Shown here in pieces: positions 1 through 13,592 of a stretch of 64,000 nt of DNA (within the stretch, counting starts at the first letter, position 1; every line of letters begins with the position of its first letter). The notes under the pieces were generated by a model. It did no database searches. It was given only the letters and a program-made list of their open reading frames with translations, and had not been told where the DNA came from. The stretch lies in contig OX597816.1 of assembly GCA_951406725.2 (NCBI GenBank), positions 138,508,001 to 138,572,000 on the forward strand, in the 5' to 3' direction. The translations under genes were made by a program, and so were the position numbers. Origin of the DNA: Octopus vulgaris. Taxonomy: Eukaryota.

Positions 1-70
1 GTTGTTGTCTTATTATTTGATTACGTTACGTTTTTCTTGTTCTTTCTTTCTCTGTTATGTATTTTCATGT

Positions 71-111
<41 letters not shown>

Positions 112-342
112 TATATACCAGGTCAACTTTAATTATGTAGACCCTTGATCAAATATAATCCAGTCGTGACCATCACGTCTGTTGTAACTGTTTTATATCT
201 AGAATTACATTTTACAAGATGATGAGATGTTTTGCGGGATATTGTCGACTCTGTCGATTGGGTCACGGCGTTCAGTTTTCATCTTTGGTTGTTCTTGCAG
301 TTATTTCATAATGGAGATAAAGAAAAATAAAATGCTTGTTTA

Positions 343-500
343 AGGCGGCGAACTAGCAGGACCGTTTCGCCGAGGTCGACACTACCTTTCATCCTTACGG
401 GATCGATTAATTAAGTACCAGTTAAGTACTGAGGTTTACGTAAACAACTTACCCTTCTCTTCAAATGTCAAGCTTTGTGTCTGCAGCAGAAAGGAATATT
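343..500 (+). mobile_element. SINE family M copy, internally deleted
   Basis: Contains the family core GAGGTCGAC..CCTTTCATCCTT.CGGG.TCGAT..TTAAGTACCAG seen in more than 10 copies in the window. Confidence 0.75.
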
Positions 501-974
501 AAATTCTTTTGGAGTCGAATTGACAAAGTCAATAGAGCAATGGATGCCTCGAGATAGTTTTTTTCAACTCTATACGTTTCGCGTTCAAATTCCACTGAGA
601 TAAAAATTTCGTCTTTCATACTTCTGAGTTAGGTAAAGAAAAAAAAAACACAATTAAAGGCAGCTGATTGAGGGAAGTTTTAGTGTGTCGATGATAAGAT
701 AAGATGGGTGAGGTGTGTGATCTCTGTTCTGGCTATTTCTATTCTGACAGTAACGCCTATGATGACATGCTCCCGTGCTGTATAGACCTTTAGTCAGTGA
801 TGTTGCCCTTGAATAAAATCGGTGACGTAAGTAGCTACCAGTCATCCGTACATACAGACACACAAAAAGGAAAATAAAATTTGACTAGACCTGAGCAAAC
901 ATAAACAGACGAGCGGTCGACCTTGAACAATGGAGGCCTAAAATTCTTACTTCTTTTAGCTGATGTAATCATGT

Positions 975-1160
975 TTCAAATTTTGGCACAAATTTTGGTC
1001 GATTACATCGACCCCACTATTCAACTGCTACTTTTATCAACTTCGAGTGGATGAAAGGCAAACTCAACCTCGGCGGAATTTGAACTCAGAACGCCAAGAC
1101 GGATGAAACGCCACTAAGTATTTTGCCCTGCCTGCTAAAGATTCTGCCAGCTCACCGCCT
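975..1160 (-). mobile_element. SINE family M copy
   Basis: Reverse complement of the AGGCGG.GAGCTGGCAGAATC head, GTTCTGAGTTCAAATTCC B-box-like motif and core. Confidence 0.8.
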
Positions 1161-1205
1161 TTTTAGCTGATGTAGTAATAGCGTCCATTATTATCAATCG
1201 CTAAA

Positions 1206-1425
1206 GAGGTGAGCTTGGCAGAAACGTTAGCGCGCAGGACAAAATGCTTAGCAGAATTTTTTCAGGCTTTTTACGCAATGAGTTCAAATTCCACCATGGT
1301 TGACTACCCTTTTCGTCCTTTCGGGGTCGATCAAATAAAGCGCAGTCAAATACTGGGGTTCATATGTTCGACTTCTCCCTCCCCGCAAAACTGCTGACTT
1401 TGTGCCAAAATTTAAAACCATATCT
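1206..1425 (+). mobile_element. SINE family M copy, head-to-head with the previous copy
   Basis: Head GAGGTGAGCTTGGCAGAAACGTTAGC, GAGTTCAAATTCC, core CCTTTCGGGGTCGAT. Confidence 0.8.
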
Positions 1426-2243
1426 ATTAACCCGTCAGGCGAACTACCATTATGGCTATATTGTATATATTGGTGTATTATTTCAGGCTTTTTGTGTCCT
1501 GAGTCCAAATTCTGCCGAGGCCAGTTTTGCGTTTCATTCTCTCCGTTTGAATAAAGATTATGGCCAGTGTCAATTTTCTGCCACTGTAACAGAAATGTTC
1601 TAAACAGTTTCAGACATATCTCACTCAGATATATATATACTCTTTTAACCTAAAATATAATTCTGTTGGTATTTCGTTGTTAATAAATTGTCGTTGTTAA
1701 AACGGATGAGCAGTCGATTTAAACCAACGCCAGTTCTTGACTGGTTATATTATTTTACCGACCTAATGATGGAGAAAAGCAATGTTGACCTCTGTGAGAT
1801 TGGAACTCAGAAGATGAAGAGAGGAAATAAATGCCACAAAGTAATTTGTCCAATGCTAAACGATACCGTCAATCTATTACATTATTATTGTTGCAGCTGT
1901 TGATACAGATTATTGTATATTTTCGCTGCTTTATGCTGCTTCAATTGTTGCTATTGTTTTTGTTGTTGCAGTTCTGGTTGGTGCAATTACTTCTGCAACA
2001 GCTGTCGTTATTTCCGTTTTTGTTGATATTATTGCATAATGAATTGTAGCTCCATTTTAGCAAACATATGTCACAGAGAGACGTATTCAAACCGGTTTGG
2101 CCTCTCATCTTTCAAGTTAGAGATGACCTGTTAGAAATGTAGCACATGTGAATACGTAGCAAGGATCTCTACATTTGAACAGAGAATCAAAAGAACGAAT
2201 ATATTTTGCCTGCGGTTGAGAAGGGTCAAAAGGGCAACATACT

Positions 2244-2293
<50 letters not shown>

Positions 2294-2313
2294 TCACTAT
2301 ATAATTATCAGGT

Positions 2314-2590
2314 GGAGGCACATGGCCTAGTGGTTAGAGCAGCGGACTCGCGGTCGAGAGATCGCGGGTTCGAATCTCGGACCGGGCGGTGTGTGTGTTT
2401 ATGAGCGAAACACCTAAGCTCCACGCGGCTCCAGCAGAAGGTAATGGCAAACTTCTGCTGAATCTTTCACCACAACTTTCTTTCACTCTTTCCTCCTGCA
2501 TATTGCAGGTCACCTGCGACGGACCGCCAAGGTAACCGGGAAACCGGCCCTATGAGCCAGGCGTGGCTCGAGAAGGAACAAACAACAACA
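2314..2590 (+). mobile_element. tRNA-derived SINE family T, with (AAC)n tail
   Basis: A-box TGGCCTAGTGG, B-box GGTTCGAATC, shared body GAGCGAAACACCTAAGCTCCACG. Confidence 0.85.
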
Positions 2591-2621
2591 TATAATTATC
2601 ATAAATTTAGAAACATATAAA

Positions 2622-2950
2622 GGAGGTGGTATCAAAAAGTTCCTGGACTAGATATGCTTAATAAAAAAATAACTTATTTACATAAGTTTTAACATCATCT
2701 CCTTTGAAATAGTCACCCTGCGCAGCACTACACCGGTCTCAGCGTTCCTGCCACTTTTGGAATCCAGCTTGGAAGTCAATTATCGTAAGCGAGTCCAAGA
2801 CTTTCTGCGATTTGTTCTGCATCTTAACAATGGTATTAAAACGGTGACTTTTCAGCTGCATTTTTCCTATTTGGGAAGAGATGGAAGTCTGCGGGTGCTA
2901 AATTTGGTGAATAGAGCGAGTGTAGAAGTGATACCATGTTGTTTACCATG
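2622..2950 (-). mobile_element. mariner transposase C-terminal fragment and end, degenerate
   Basis: Translation HSLYSPNLAPADFHLFP resembles the mariner YSPDLAP motif; QKWQER*DRCSAAQGDYFKG resembles the mariner C-terminus; stops and frameshifts present. Confidence 0.85.
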
Positions 2951-2975
2951 TTGTATGTGTGTGTGTGTTTGAGCG

Positions 2976-3035
<60 letters not shown>

Positions 3036-3107
3036 CGCGTGCGGGTTTAGACACACACACAAACACATATACAACCTCATATATATATATATATATATAT
3101 GTATATA

Positions 3108-3384
3108 TGGAGGGCAGCGGACTCGCGGTCGGAGGATCGTGGTTTCGATTCCCAGACCGGGCGTTGTGTGTGTTTATTGAGCGAAAACACCTAAAAGCTC
3201 CACGAGGCTCCGGCAGGGGGTAGTGATCCTTGCTGTACTCTTTTACCACACTTTCTCTCACTCTTTCTTCTGTTGGCCTGCTCGCTTAGCCAGCGGGGTG
3301 GCGTCGTTCGAAGGCTAAAACAATGCGAACGCATTGTGACCAGCGATGTGTAACAACATCTGATGGTCTGGTCGGTCACGTGAT

Positions 3385-3390
<6 letters not shown>
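3108..3390 (+). mobile_element. SINE family T with GGTCACGTGATCACGTGA tail, between (TA)n tracts
   Basis: Family T head and body; same tail as the copy at 29825-30070. Confidence 0.85.
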
Positions 3391-3455
<65 letters not shown>

Positions 3456-3620
3456 CGAGGTTGTATGTGTGTGTGTGAACCCCTATAACTTCTGAAGTTC
3501 ACTACTGATCTTCTCTAAACTGGGAACATACATTGCTTATGTCCCACAGATGGTTTTAGACTCTTAAAATTTTTCACATACTGAGTAAAGTTCTCTCTAG
3601 GACCAGAAAATACCCTTTCC

Positions 3621-4233
3621 TGGCAGTGTGAAAGAGCAATACTGGCTCCAGTAAAACAGCACTGTAAGTAAAATTAATGAGCAGCTGCTTCAGTACCTTC
3701 CTGAAAGTCCTTACATCTATAAGTTAGTTGATACAATCCCAGATCCAGAAAGGGTGGTAAATTATTCAACAGAAGTTCTCAGTTCATTGGAGCCTCCAGA
3801 ATTTCCTCTCCACAGATTAGAACTTAAAGTGAGAACTCAGTAATGTTATTGATGAATTTGGATCCACCAACACCCTGCAATGGGACACGCCTAGTGGTAA
3901 AGAAGATGATGCCACATGTTATTGAGGCCTCCATTCTCTCTGGATGCGGAAAAAGAGAGGATGTTTTCATATCCAGGATTATTCTCATTCCATCGGGAGC
4001 AGAAATTCCCTTTTCATTCAGAAGAGTGCAATTTCCTATTTGTATCAGCTTTGCAATGTCTATCAATAAATCTCAATGTCTAACACTGGTAGGACTTCAC
4101 TTGGAAGAATCGTGCTTCTTACACGGGTAGTTAAATGTTAACTGCTCTAGAGTGAGAAGCAAACAAGAAATCTATTTGCATTTATTCCACAATGAAAAAC
4201 AAAGAATATTCTTTACCAAGAGGTTTTGTATGA
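3621..4233 (+). mobile_element. Helitron PIF1-like helicase C-terminal fragment, pseudogenised
   Basis: CERAILAP...MLLMNLDPPTPCNGTRLVV...FRRVQFPICISFAMSINKSQ...VGLHLEESCFLHG match conserved Helitron helicase motifs; frameshifts and stops. Confidence 0.92.
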
Positions 4234-4243
4234 ATTACTACAT

Positions 4244-4320
4244 CCTACGATGCACTCCAATATCCACTGCTCTTTATGAATGGTGAAGATGGATACCATT
4301 TCAGCATAATACCAACAAAC
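4244..4320 (+). mobile_element. Helitron Rep-region motif fragment
   Basis: YDALQYPLLFMNGEDGYH resembles the conserved YDPLQYPLLFP.GE.G motif. Confidence 0.7.
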
Positions 4321-4850
4321 CCGAAGACTGCATCAGCAAAGTAGTTTCTGTCATGGATTTTAGTATCAAAGTGTATTCTCCAATTACTCCCACCAACCAC
4401 ATGGTAAGCCGTAAACCTTATTTTTTCAAGTAATTCATTATTACATATTTTTATGTGACTGCATAAGCTCATTTTATGTTTCTTATTCTACAGCCACACC
4501 AGCAATCCAATGTCAACACTTCACCTTCTGCAACATTTCAACAGTTCACTTCCCGTTGCCGTCTCCCATTGCAGCCCATTTATGGAATGTAGCCATTTAT
4601 ATACAATATTTCCATTACATCTACATTCATTCGACTGTCAGCCATACGACGGGTCGTGTTAGACACAGCGCCGATCGCCACAAATGAAAGTATATCCACC
4701 GATAGTTTTTTTTTTCAGTGCGTTCAAAAATCACATATCCCCATGTCAGTTTTCTATGACATACCGCTTAGTCGAATTAGCGCCCATCATTTATACCACA
4801 AATGTTTTGTCGTCAATGCTGTACTTTGCCGTATCCCATGTTTCAACGTA

Positions 4851-4913
<63 letters not shown>

Positions 4914-5082
4914 TGCGTACTTCCATCATATAATAAATTAATAAATAAATAAACCATATGCATATATACATACATATATGTACGTACCTACCTCTACATG
5001 TATATATACATGCATATATGGGTACAGGACACAAAAAACGTCGAACACAATGAGAAACGAAGACATAAACACAAAACCAAAG

Positions 5083-5546
5083 AAATACAAGGAAAATTCC
5101 CCTTATTCGGTCGCCTTCGTTTCATCTACTGCACGTTTCGAAGGTTAAGGCGATACATGACTTTAATGAAACATTCCTTCCCGCGAAAAGCAAATTAAAT
5201 AAAATTTGAGATTTTTTTGCGGAGGGGTAAAAATAGTAACAAAAACAGGACAGTAACGACAGTACAAAATATAAACAGTAAAAGACAGGACAAGGAGAAT
5301 AACAGTAACACAGACAAGAAGGGCTGTTAAGCCGAACGAGATAAGTTATTACGAACGCTATTTTTGAGAACGGCGAAGGAGCAACAGAAAATGCCGTTTA
5401 CACTTGAAGGAAGCCAGGTCAAAAAGATTATTTAATTTGCTTTTCGCGGGAAGGAATGTTTCATTAAAGTCATGTATCGCCTTGACCTTCGAAACGTGGA
5501 GTAGAGGAAACAAAGGCGACTGAAAAAGGGGAATTTTCCGTGTATT
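5083..5546. repeat. Inverted repeat, about 120-bp arms (5083-5203 / 5428-5546), in a TA-adjacent element
   Basis: Arms are near-exact reverse complements, e.g. AAACATTCCTTCCCGCGAAAAGCAAATTAAATAA and TTATTTAATTTGCTTTTCGCGGGAAGGAATGTTT. Confidence 0.9.
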
Positions 5547-5594
5547 GTATGTCCTGTACTCTATTTTTTCGTTATTTAAGAAAAATGTCCATTT

Positions 5595-6180
5595 CGTCCG
5601 TCCTTATATTCTGAGTTCAAATTCCACCGAGGTCGACTTTGTCTTTCATCCTTTCGGGGTCGATTAAATAAGTACCAGTTACACACTGGGGTCGATATAA
5701 TCGACTTAATCCGTTTGTCTGTCCTTGTTTGTCCTCTCTGTGTTTAGCCCCTTGTGGGTAGTAAAGAAATAGGTATTTCGTCTGTCTTTATGTTCTGAGC
5801 TCAAATTCCACCGAGGTCGACTTTGCTTTTTATCCTTTCGGCATCGATAAATTAAGTAGCAGTTGCGCACTGGGGTCGTTTTAATCGACTATCCCCCCCA
5901 CCACCACCACCACCACCTCAGCCGAAAAAATTCGGGCCTTGTGCCTAGAGTAGAAAAAATATTTTGTAAACTGGTTTCAAATTTTGGCTCAAGGCCAGGA
6001 ATGTTGGGAGAGGGTGCTAGTCGATTACGACGACCCCACTGTTTCTTAATCTATCGACCCCCGAAAGTTTGAAAGGCAAAGTCGACCTCGGCGGAATTTG
6101 AAATTAGAACATACAGACAGACGAAATGCCGCGAATCATTTTCCCGGCGTGCTTAACGATTCTGCCAGCTTGCCGCCGTA
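5595..6180. mobile_element. SINE family M cluster (+ dimer 5595-5960, - copy 5975-6180)
   Basis: Repeated family core on both strands. Confidence 0.85.
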
Positions 6181-6624
6181 AATTAAAATTCTTTTCGCTA
6201 TCAACCCGTCTCTTTCTTTAACATAGTGTTTGATTTATTTATACAAATACCAGTCTCTTGTTTCAACACTTAATCAACATTTTGTGAAGCTCTTATTCTT
6301 AGTGAGCAGCAATTCACACAGACGCAAATATACAAGCACACAAATACTTACAAACAATCACATGCGTCCCTCTTCCGCTCATACACACATATACACATAA
6401 AAATATGTATCCAAATCTATCCTTACACGAATACAATCACAACCAGACACACTAATATAAAGATGTCATTGACCTGAAATGAATGGTTGGATGACTTCTG
6501 ACAAGTCTCACTTTAAGTAGTGTTTAGTATTAGTTCAAGATACAACCGAGCATTGAACGTGCACTCTATGCCAAGTGGATTAAAGATCATGTTGAAACAT
6601 TACAATATTCTTCTCTACTCCAAA

Positions 6625-6808
6625 ATATTAGGGGAGGGAGCCAGTCGATTAGATCGACCCCAGTACGCAACTTTACTTAATTTATCGACCCCGAAAGGAT
6701 GAAAGCAAAGTCGACCTTGGCGGAATTTGAACTCAGAACGTAGCGGCAGACGAAATACCGCTAAGCATTTCGCCCGGCGTGCTAACGATTCTGCCAGCTC
6801 GCCGCCTT
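6625..6808 (-). mobile_element. SINE family M copy
   Basis: Well-preserved reverse-complement head and core. Confidence 0.85.
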
Positions 6809-7072
6809 GAAAGTTTACAATATTACAGGCGTACGCAAGGCTGTGTAGTTAAGCAGCTTGCTTTGCAATTGTATTAGTTCGGGTTCCGTTCAACTGCGGC
6901 GCACCTTAGTCATGGGTCTTCTGCTATAATCCCTGATCGCCAAAGACTTTGTGAATGAATTTGGCTAGAGTGAAACTGCTTATAAGAACTATTAATCTCT
7001 CTAACAAGATAACTTACTGACTCTCACTCACCACCCCATTTTGTCTGTATTCTCTCTCTCTTTCCCTCTCTA

Positions 7073-7104
<32 letters not shown>

Positions 7105-7289
7105 AGGCACATAGACTTATGTACATAGATACGCTCACACATGAGCACGTCGACACACATATTCACCCACGCACTCACTCAAACCGCGGCCATACTGGAG
7201 CCCCACATTAACATACAGAAATACATGTGCGTGTGTGTGAGTAGTGTTGTGTGGTAAGTCTTCAACAAGTAGCATAGCACTCGATCACC

Positions 7290-8610
7290 TAATACTTGTA
7301 TTTCTTTCTCTCTTGGCATCTCCTCCATTCTTTGTTCTCAGAGCACACCTCCAGTTGGAATAATTGGGTTGCTGTCTTGGACACCATGGGGATATGTGGT
7401 GTCAGCAAGGTGTACGCAGAAGTTTTATCTGTTTCTCCAGATGATCGTTCACCATACAAGCCTTTACTATCGAATAGCAATCCTTCGGAGCTATTCTCTG
7501 GGTCTATTCATTGACCTCTCGCCCACTTTGGCAAAGGGTGTTTTCCAGGAATATTTGCTGTCACTGATCTCCTTGCTGACTGCCTCAACTTTTGTCTTGA
7601 GGACCTGGTCATATCTCCTAAGATAGCATCCATCACTCGATGCCTTGGAGCAGCTGCTGTAGAGCGAAAATACCTAAAGCTCCACGAGGCTCCGGCAGGG
7701 GGTGATGGCGACCCCTGTTGTACTCTTTCGCTCCAACTTTCTCTCACTCTTTCTTCCTGTTTCTTGTCCCCGACTTCCTACGCAACCGCTGAGCCTGGAT
7801 GCGCATTTATCCATCCGTCGATGCTCTCGGTGTCGAGGGTTGACCTGCTTTCTCTTCTACGGGTCTTACGAATAGCAAAGGACCACGTTTCGGACTTCTC
7901 TCACTACAGAAGTTCGCGTCGCTCAACATCAACATCAACATCAGCAGCTGCTGTAAATACATTGGATGGGCTGCGGAGGCCATCATAAACAACCTCTAGA
8001 TCAGTAACTTGATTATCTGCGGGTTTCATAGCCAGGTAACATTCGGCAACATAGACTGCTCCCACTTCATCCAGGCCCTTTGTTTCTACATCACTGCTGT
8101 CCTGCTTACTATTTCTTCTTATCACTAATGTGCGCGTCACATCCTTTACCAGCTTCCACTTCTCCTAGTCATGTCGTATTGTCGTAGAGCTTCCGAATCC
8201 GGTCCTGTCTTGTATTATACTCCCAAGGAAGAAATTTCATTTTAGCCGCTCCACTCTCTGCTGATTACCTCCACTTCTGCTATGTTCTCTTTGAAATCTG
8301 CGCCTCAGTGACTTTGGTGTTTGGAACTTATGTACCACAGGTTTTCTCGTACCTGCGACATCAGGAATTCATCACTGAAAGAACTGATCGGAAGCTTGTT
8401 GCTGCTTCCATACACTTCGGTGCTATTCAGATTATTTGGTAAATCTCGTCCCGGTCTTCAGCTACTGTTATTGGAGCTTCACAAAGAAGCAGAGACAAGA
8501 GTATTCTTGGAAGGATCTTATGCTGATAAACCCAAACTTCGAATCTTCTTGCTAGTTCAAACTTGTCGATAGATCGCAACAGTTCTTCAGGTCTGCTTTG
8601 GTCACCTTGA
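7290..8610 (-). mobile_element. R2-superfamily (Hero-like) non-LTR retrotransposon 3' fragment, interrupted by a family T SINE at about 7660-7930
   Basis: Scattered-frame peptides VWVYQHKILPRILL, SNKLPISSFSDEF, VYDGLRSPSN, DQVLKT, QERKKYKY resemble the post-RT/RLE region of Hero-like elements; clade assignment is from memory. Confidence 0.75.
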
Positions 8611-8836
8611 TGTACACGTGCACATGCACATGTACACACGCACACACACACATACACACACACACATACACACACGTACACACACACATAGTCACATAAA
8701 CGAGTGAATGGACAGGCGAAAGAAAGACACTTAACTAATTTAGTAGAAGCTACCTTCATTATTATTTAAAACAGTTTGATCCGGCCCTATGCAGCTTAAA
8801 GTTTCGTAGGATCGTCACAGGAACCCAGTTCATCGC

Positions 8837-8934
<98 letters not shown>

Positions 8935-9144
8935 ATGTGACCGCGTGTGTACCGTTGGCGATTTTTTTCCTCCGTCTTCCCTTCTTTGGATCTTTCCTTT
9001 TCCTACGTTTCTGACGAAGAGCTCCGCTCGAAACGTTAAACCCTCCTTCTTCCCTTCTTTCCTGAGCGTTCAATAACACTATACTTGTTCCACGTCCGCG
9101 CGTTGTTGTGTTTTCTCTTTGTGTTTTCATGTTTGGATTAACCC

Positions 9145-9241
<97 letters not shown>
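8837..9241 (+). mobile_element. About 210-bp hammerhead-bearing element (8933-9145) embedded in (GATA)n
   Basis: Pure (GATA)n on both sides; 3' part resembles the element at 31321-31460 (CCTGAGCG...TTCCAC...TTTTCAT). Confidence 0.8.
9007..9041 (+). ncRNA. Minimal type-I hammerhead ribozyme
   Basis: GTTT-CTGACGA-A-GAGC(TCC)GCTC-GAAAC-GTT-AAAC: stem I GTTT/AAAC, stem II GAGC/GCTC, loopless stem III, predicted GUU site. Confidence 0.8.
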
Positions 9242-9889
9242 GGGATTAAGTATAAGAAGACAAGGCATAATCAATATTAGTTAGTATTGCAGATGGAAGG
9301 CATTGAAATATGTGTTTGCAATGTGGTTGTAGGCTGATCCATTAAAGACCTTTTTTATGAATACTACCGGATATGTTAAATAGTCCATTGAATTTATATA
9401 TATATAAATTTAATGGACAATATATGAATATATATATATGTATGTGTGTGTGTGAGAGAGTGTGTGTGAGTGTGTGTATGTAAGATGGACAGCGACGATT
9501 AACGTTTGAGTTCGGAAACATTAGCAGAGATGAGATGAAGGAGAGACGCAATGAACGAGGGCAGTCAAGATAGGAACTGTGTTGTGATTGATAGATGTGG
9601 TAATAGGAATGTGACATAATGTGAATTGAGAAACACGTTGATGTGGTTGGCAAGAGGTAGTTAGAAAGGTAGTGAATGAAAAGTGAAAGAAAGTCTGAAA
9701 GAAGTAGAAGTCTGAATGAAAGAATAAAGGAATAAAAGGATGAGGGGAATCACGGAATCGGAGAAAAAACTTGGCACGGGGACACCTGATGAGATTCAAG
9801 AGAGAGAGAGAGAGAGAGAGAGAGGGGAATGGTTACGAAAAAATAATATAGACACGTTGAAGAGAATGATGAAGATAGTGACGGCGAAT

Positions 9890-10390
<501 letters not shown>

Positions 10391-10656
10391 AGGAGGAATT
10401 CAGCAAACAATCAGATGCAAGAGTTAGAAATAGGAGTAGAGTGCAAAGAGAAACGAAGAAGCGTTAGAAACACATGAAAAATAGAAAGATTATTACGAAC
10501 ATATGAAGAAGGTATGAACGATGAACAGTGTTACACATATATAGAACATTAACATAGAGGCCATGGATAGCCAATACCTACACAGATGCATACACACGCA
10601 CATACAAATTACCCCAAAATTCATTTATAACACCAAATATATTATTTTAACTTGTT

Positions 10657-10745
<89 letters not shown>

Positions 10746-10860
10746 CGTGTGTGTGTGTGTGTGTGCGTGCGTGTGTGTGCGTGTGTGTGAGTGAGTAAGT
10801 GAATGCCATTAAGTTGGAAATGGCTTGGACCAATCTTTAGCCGAAGCATATCTAAATCAT

Positions 10861-10919
<59 letters not shown>

Positions 10920-11447
10920 TGTGTGTGCTCCAGAGCCTGTTGCTTCAATTGGTAACTAAGTCAAGTAAACTATAGTGCAAAAGATATATGAGCATTACCA
11001 GAACTTATGTTATTGATGCACATGTGTATACACTTGACAAATGTATTCATTTCGCACTATATAATCAATACTATAGAATTACATAGTCCTGCATACACGC
11101 ACGTAATTGTGACAACGTTTTGTAGAAATCAGAGAATTTATAACCAGTAAGTCATACATAAATCTTTTAACGGGTTTAATTCCATTTGTTGGAATTTCGA
11201 TAATTATATTGAGATATGTGCACAGGCATCTCAAGTGTAATTAGACAGCCCTCATTGTACTGTTTTTCTTTAGTGCGTATAGTACCTGGTCATTCTTTAA
11301 ACTTGGTAGTGTATAATGCACAAGGAATGCCTACTAAATACTACATTAAATATTTAAAAGCAACAAATTATTTTTTCTATAAATAAATAATGATTGTGTC
11401 TATTTACTATCTAGATATCTGCATATATATATATCTGCATACATACA

Positions 11448-11509
<62 letters not shown>

Positions 11510-11513
<4 letters not shown>

Positions 11514-11656
11514 CATGTGAATATTACCGTTCGAAACGATCGTATGCATGGATTAAATTCTTTTAAAACTTTTAACACCTTTCTTTCTCCATGTTTAAGT
11601 GTTTGTTGAGTTTCTATAGGATATGTGTCCTATAAGCGCTCATAACACCCTTATAT

Positions 11657-11736
<80 letters not shown>

Positions 11737-11871
11737 ATATAAGGATGTTATGAGCGCTTATAGGACACAACTCAACAAACACTTAAAGATGGAGAAGAAA
11801 AGGTGTTAAAAGATTTAAAAGAATTTAATCCATGCATACGATCGTTTCGAACGGTAATATTCACATGTAAA
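11510..11871. repeat. Tail-to-tail inverted repeat (11510-11654 / 11738-11871) around a (TA)n(GT)n spacer
   Basis: Arms are near-exact reverse complements and both contain GAAACGATCGTA. Confidence 0.92.
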
Positions 11872-11949
11872 TAACATGGTGAAAAAAAAAAAAAGAAATT
11901 AATTTAATTATAATTAAATTAATTGCATACTATAGTTCTCCTCAGAGCG
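11834..11949 (-). ncRNA. Hammerhead-like motif with long stem II insert
   Basis: CTGAGGA-GAAC...(~80 nt, includes an AT palindrome)...GTTC-GAAAC-GATC-GTA; stem I pairing is weak. Confidence 0.55.
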
Positions 11950-12899
11950 AAAAAAGAATACGTCAAAAAATACACCAGAAAAATATTATATTGTTACAGA
12001 AGAGTAGATGGAGTGAATGTCACATAACATATTCGGATATACATAATATCCTTATGTACGATAAAAACATGCTGAGGTAGTGTTGTTGAGTCTAGTTGTA
12101 TATGAACTAAAACTATCCATAAACATCTTCAGGACAACATTGCCCTTCTTTGACTTCAAAAGTTAGACTACTTCAAAAAGAATATATAAAATTACTAGCC
12201 TCTTCTCCTTTCGTAAATGTCTAAGTTTTATATGTCGCCGAAATCAATGAAGAATAATGATCTGGCGAAGATAGTTAACGTAGTAAAGACACGTATTCAC
12301 GATTGGTCTTGTTACCAGGATGAATATATGACTATCATTTCTATCAGAGTAAGAAACATGGCAGTGTCCTCCCCATTGGCACGATATTTGTAGTGCTCCA
12401 ATGCAAACCGACGATTCGTAGATCACCTTATCTATGAATCTCCGTTTCCCAGTTTCGAAATCAGCTTTCTAATTTAACGGCATAAATTCTGCAACAGTTA
12501 CTGATACATAAATAGAATTTTTGTTTCATGTGGGATTATGCAGTACAACGTATATCAATCGATTTTATTCCTACAACGTTGGATAAATTCCTTAGCCATA
12601 CTCTGTAGTAAATATCAGCATCATATTTTTCAGACAAAAACTCCTGCTACCACTGTCATTATTACAGACATGTGCACCTCTAGGTAGTCATCTGATTTGT
12701 CAGAAATAGTAGCAAATTTTTCTCAGATCAAACCCTGCCGTTTTAGAAAAGGTTTTGTTGATTAATATAGTTTTGATTTCCTTGTGCATATACATGAGAG
12801 AAGGTCACAACTAGAAAACATTTTTCATCATATGGCAACTAGATCAACATTGAGCTGAGACTAAACAATAATAATAGCCTTTGTAATACAGGTAGAAAG

Positions 12900-13218
12900 C
12901 CTTATTTTATCGACACTGAAAGAATGAAGGGCAAAGTCGATTTCGGTGGAATTTGAACTCAGGATATAAAAGTAGACGAAATACCTATTTCTTTACTACC
13001 CACAAGGGGCTAAACACAGAGAGGACAAATAAGGACAGACAAACGGATTAAGTCGATTGCATCGACCCCAGTGCGTAACTGGTACTTAATTTATTGACCC
13101 CGAAAGGATGAAAGGCAAAGTCGACCTTGGCGGAATTTGAACTCAGAATGTAACGGCAGACGAAATACCACTAAGCATTTTGTCAAACGTGCTAACAGTT
13201 CTGCTTGCTCGCCGCCTT
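12900..13218 (-). mobile_element. SINE family M dimer
   Basis: Two cores joined at the AAGAAATAG|GTATTTCGTC junction. Confidence 0.85.
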
Positions 13219-13592
13219 ATTAGGAATTAGCATTAAACAAACATAGAAATCTGAGAGTCATTAATAATTCTTTACATAAGACTTTTAGTAGTTTCTCATT
13301 TCATTTTCTTTTATCGCCAGCAACAAGAATAACCGTAATAATATTCTAAGCTGGAGACTGAACATGTTGACTCAATCAACTACATTCTTAACAATTCCTT
13401 TCATAGCCTTATAAAATGTATTTCAAGATATACAACATATTTAACATACATGATGGTCACGACTGTGATGCCTTTGAGCAGAGGTCTACGCAATGAAGGT
13501 TGTTCTGAGATATAGCGCTTTGTCCGAAATACTGACAATACTGTCAGCTCGCTACCTAAACACTGATGATAACAAAAACATATATGGCAATA

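Noticed and set aside
2314-2390. tRNA genes at SINE heads
   Set aside because: A and B boxes are present, but the sequence continues into SINE bodies and lacks a complete cloverleaf and terminator
11960-12240. Possible GIY-YIG C-terminal remnant (VVESSCI)
   Set aside because: Too short, interrupted by stops, and on the strand opposite the adjacent ribozyme
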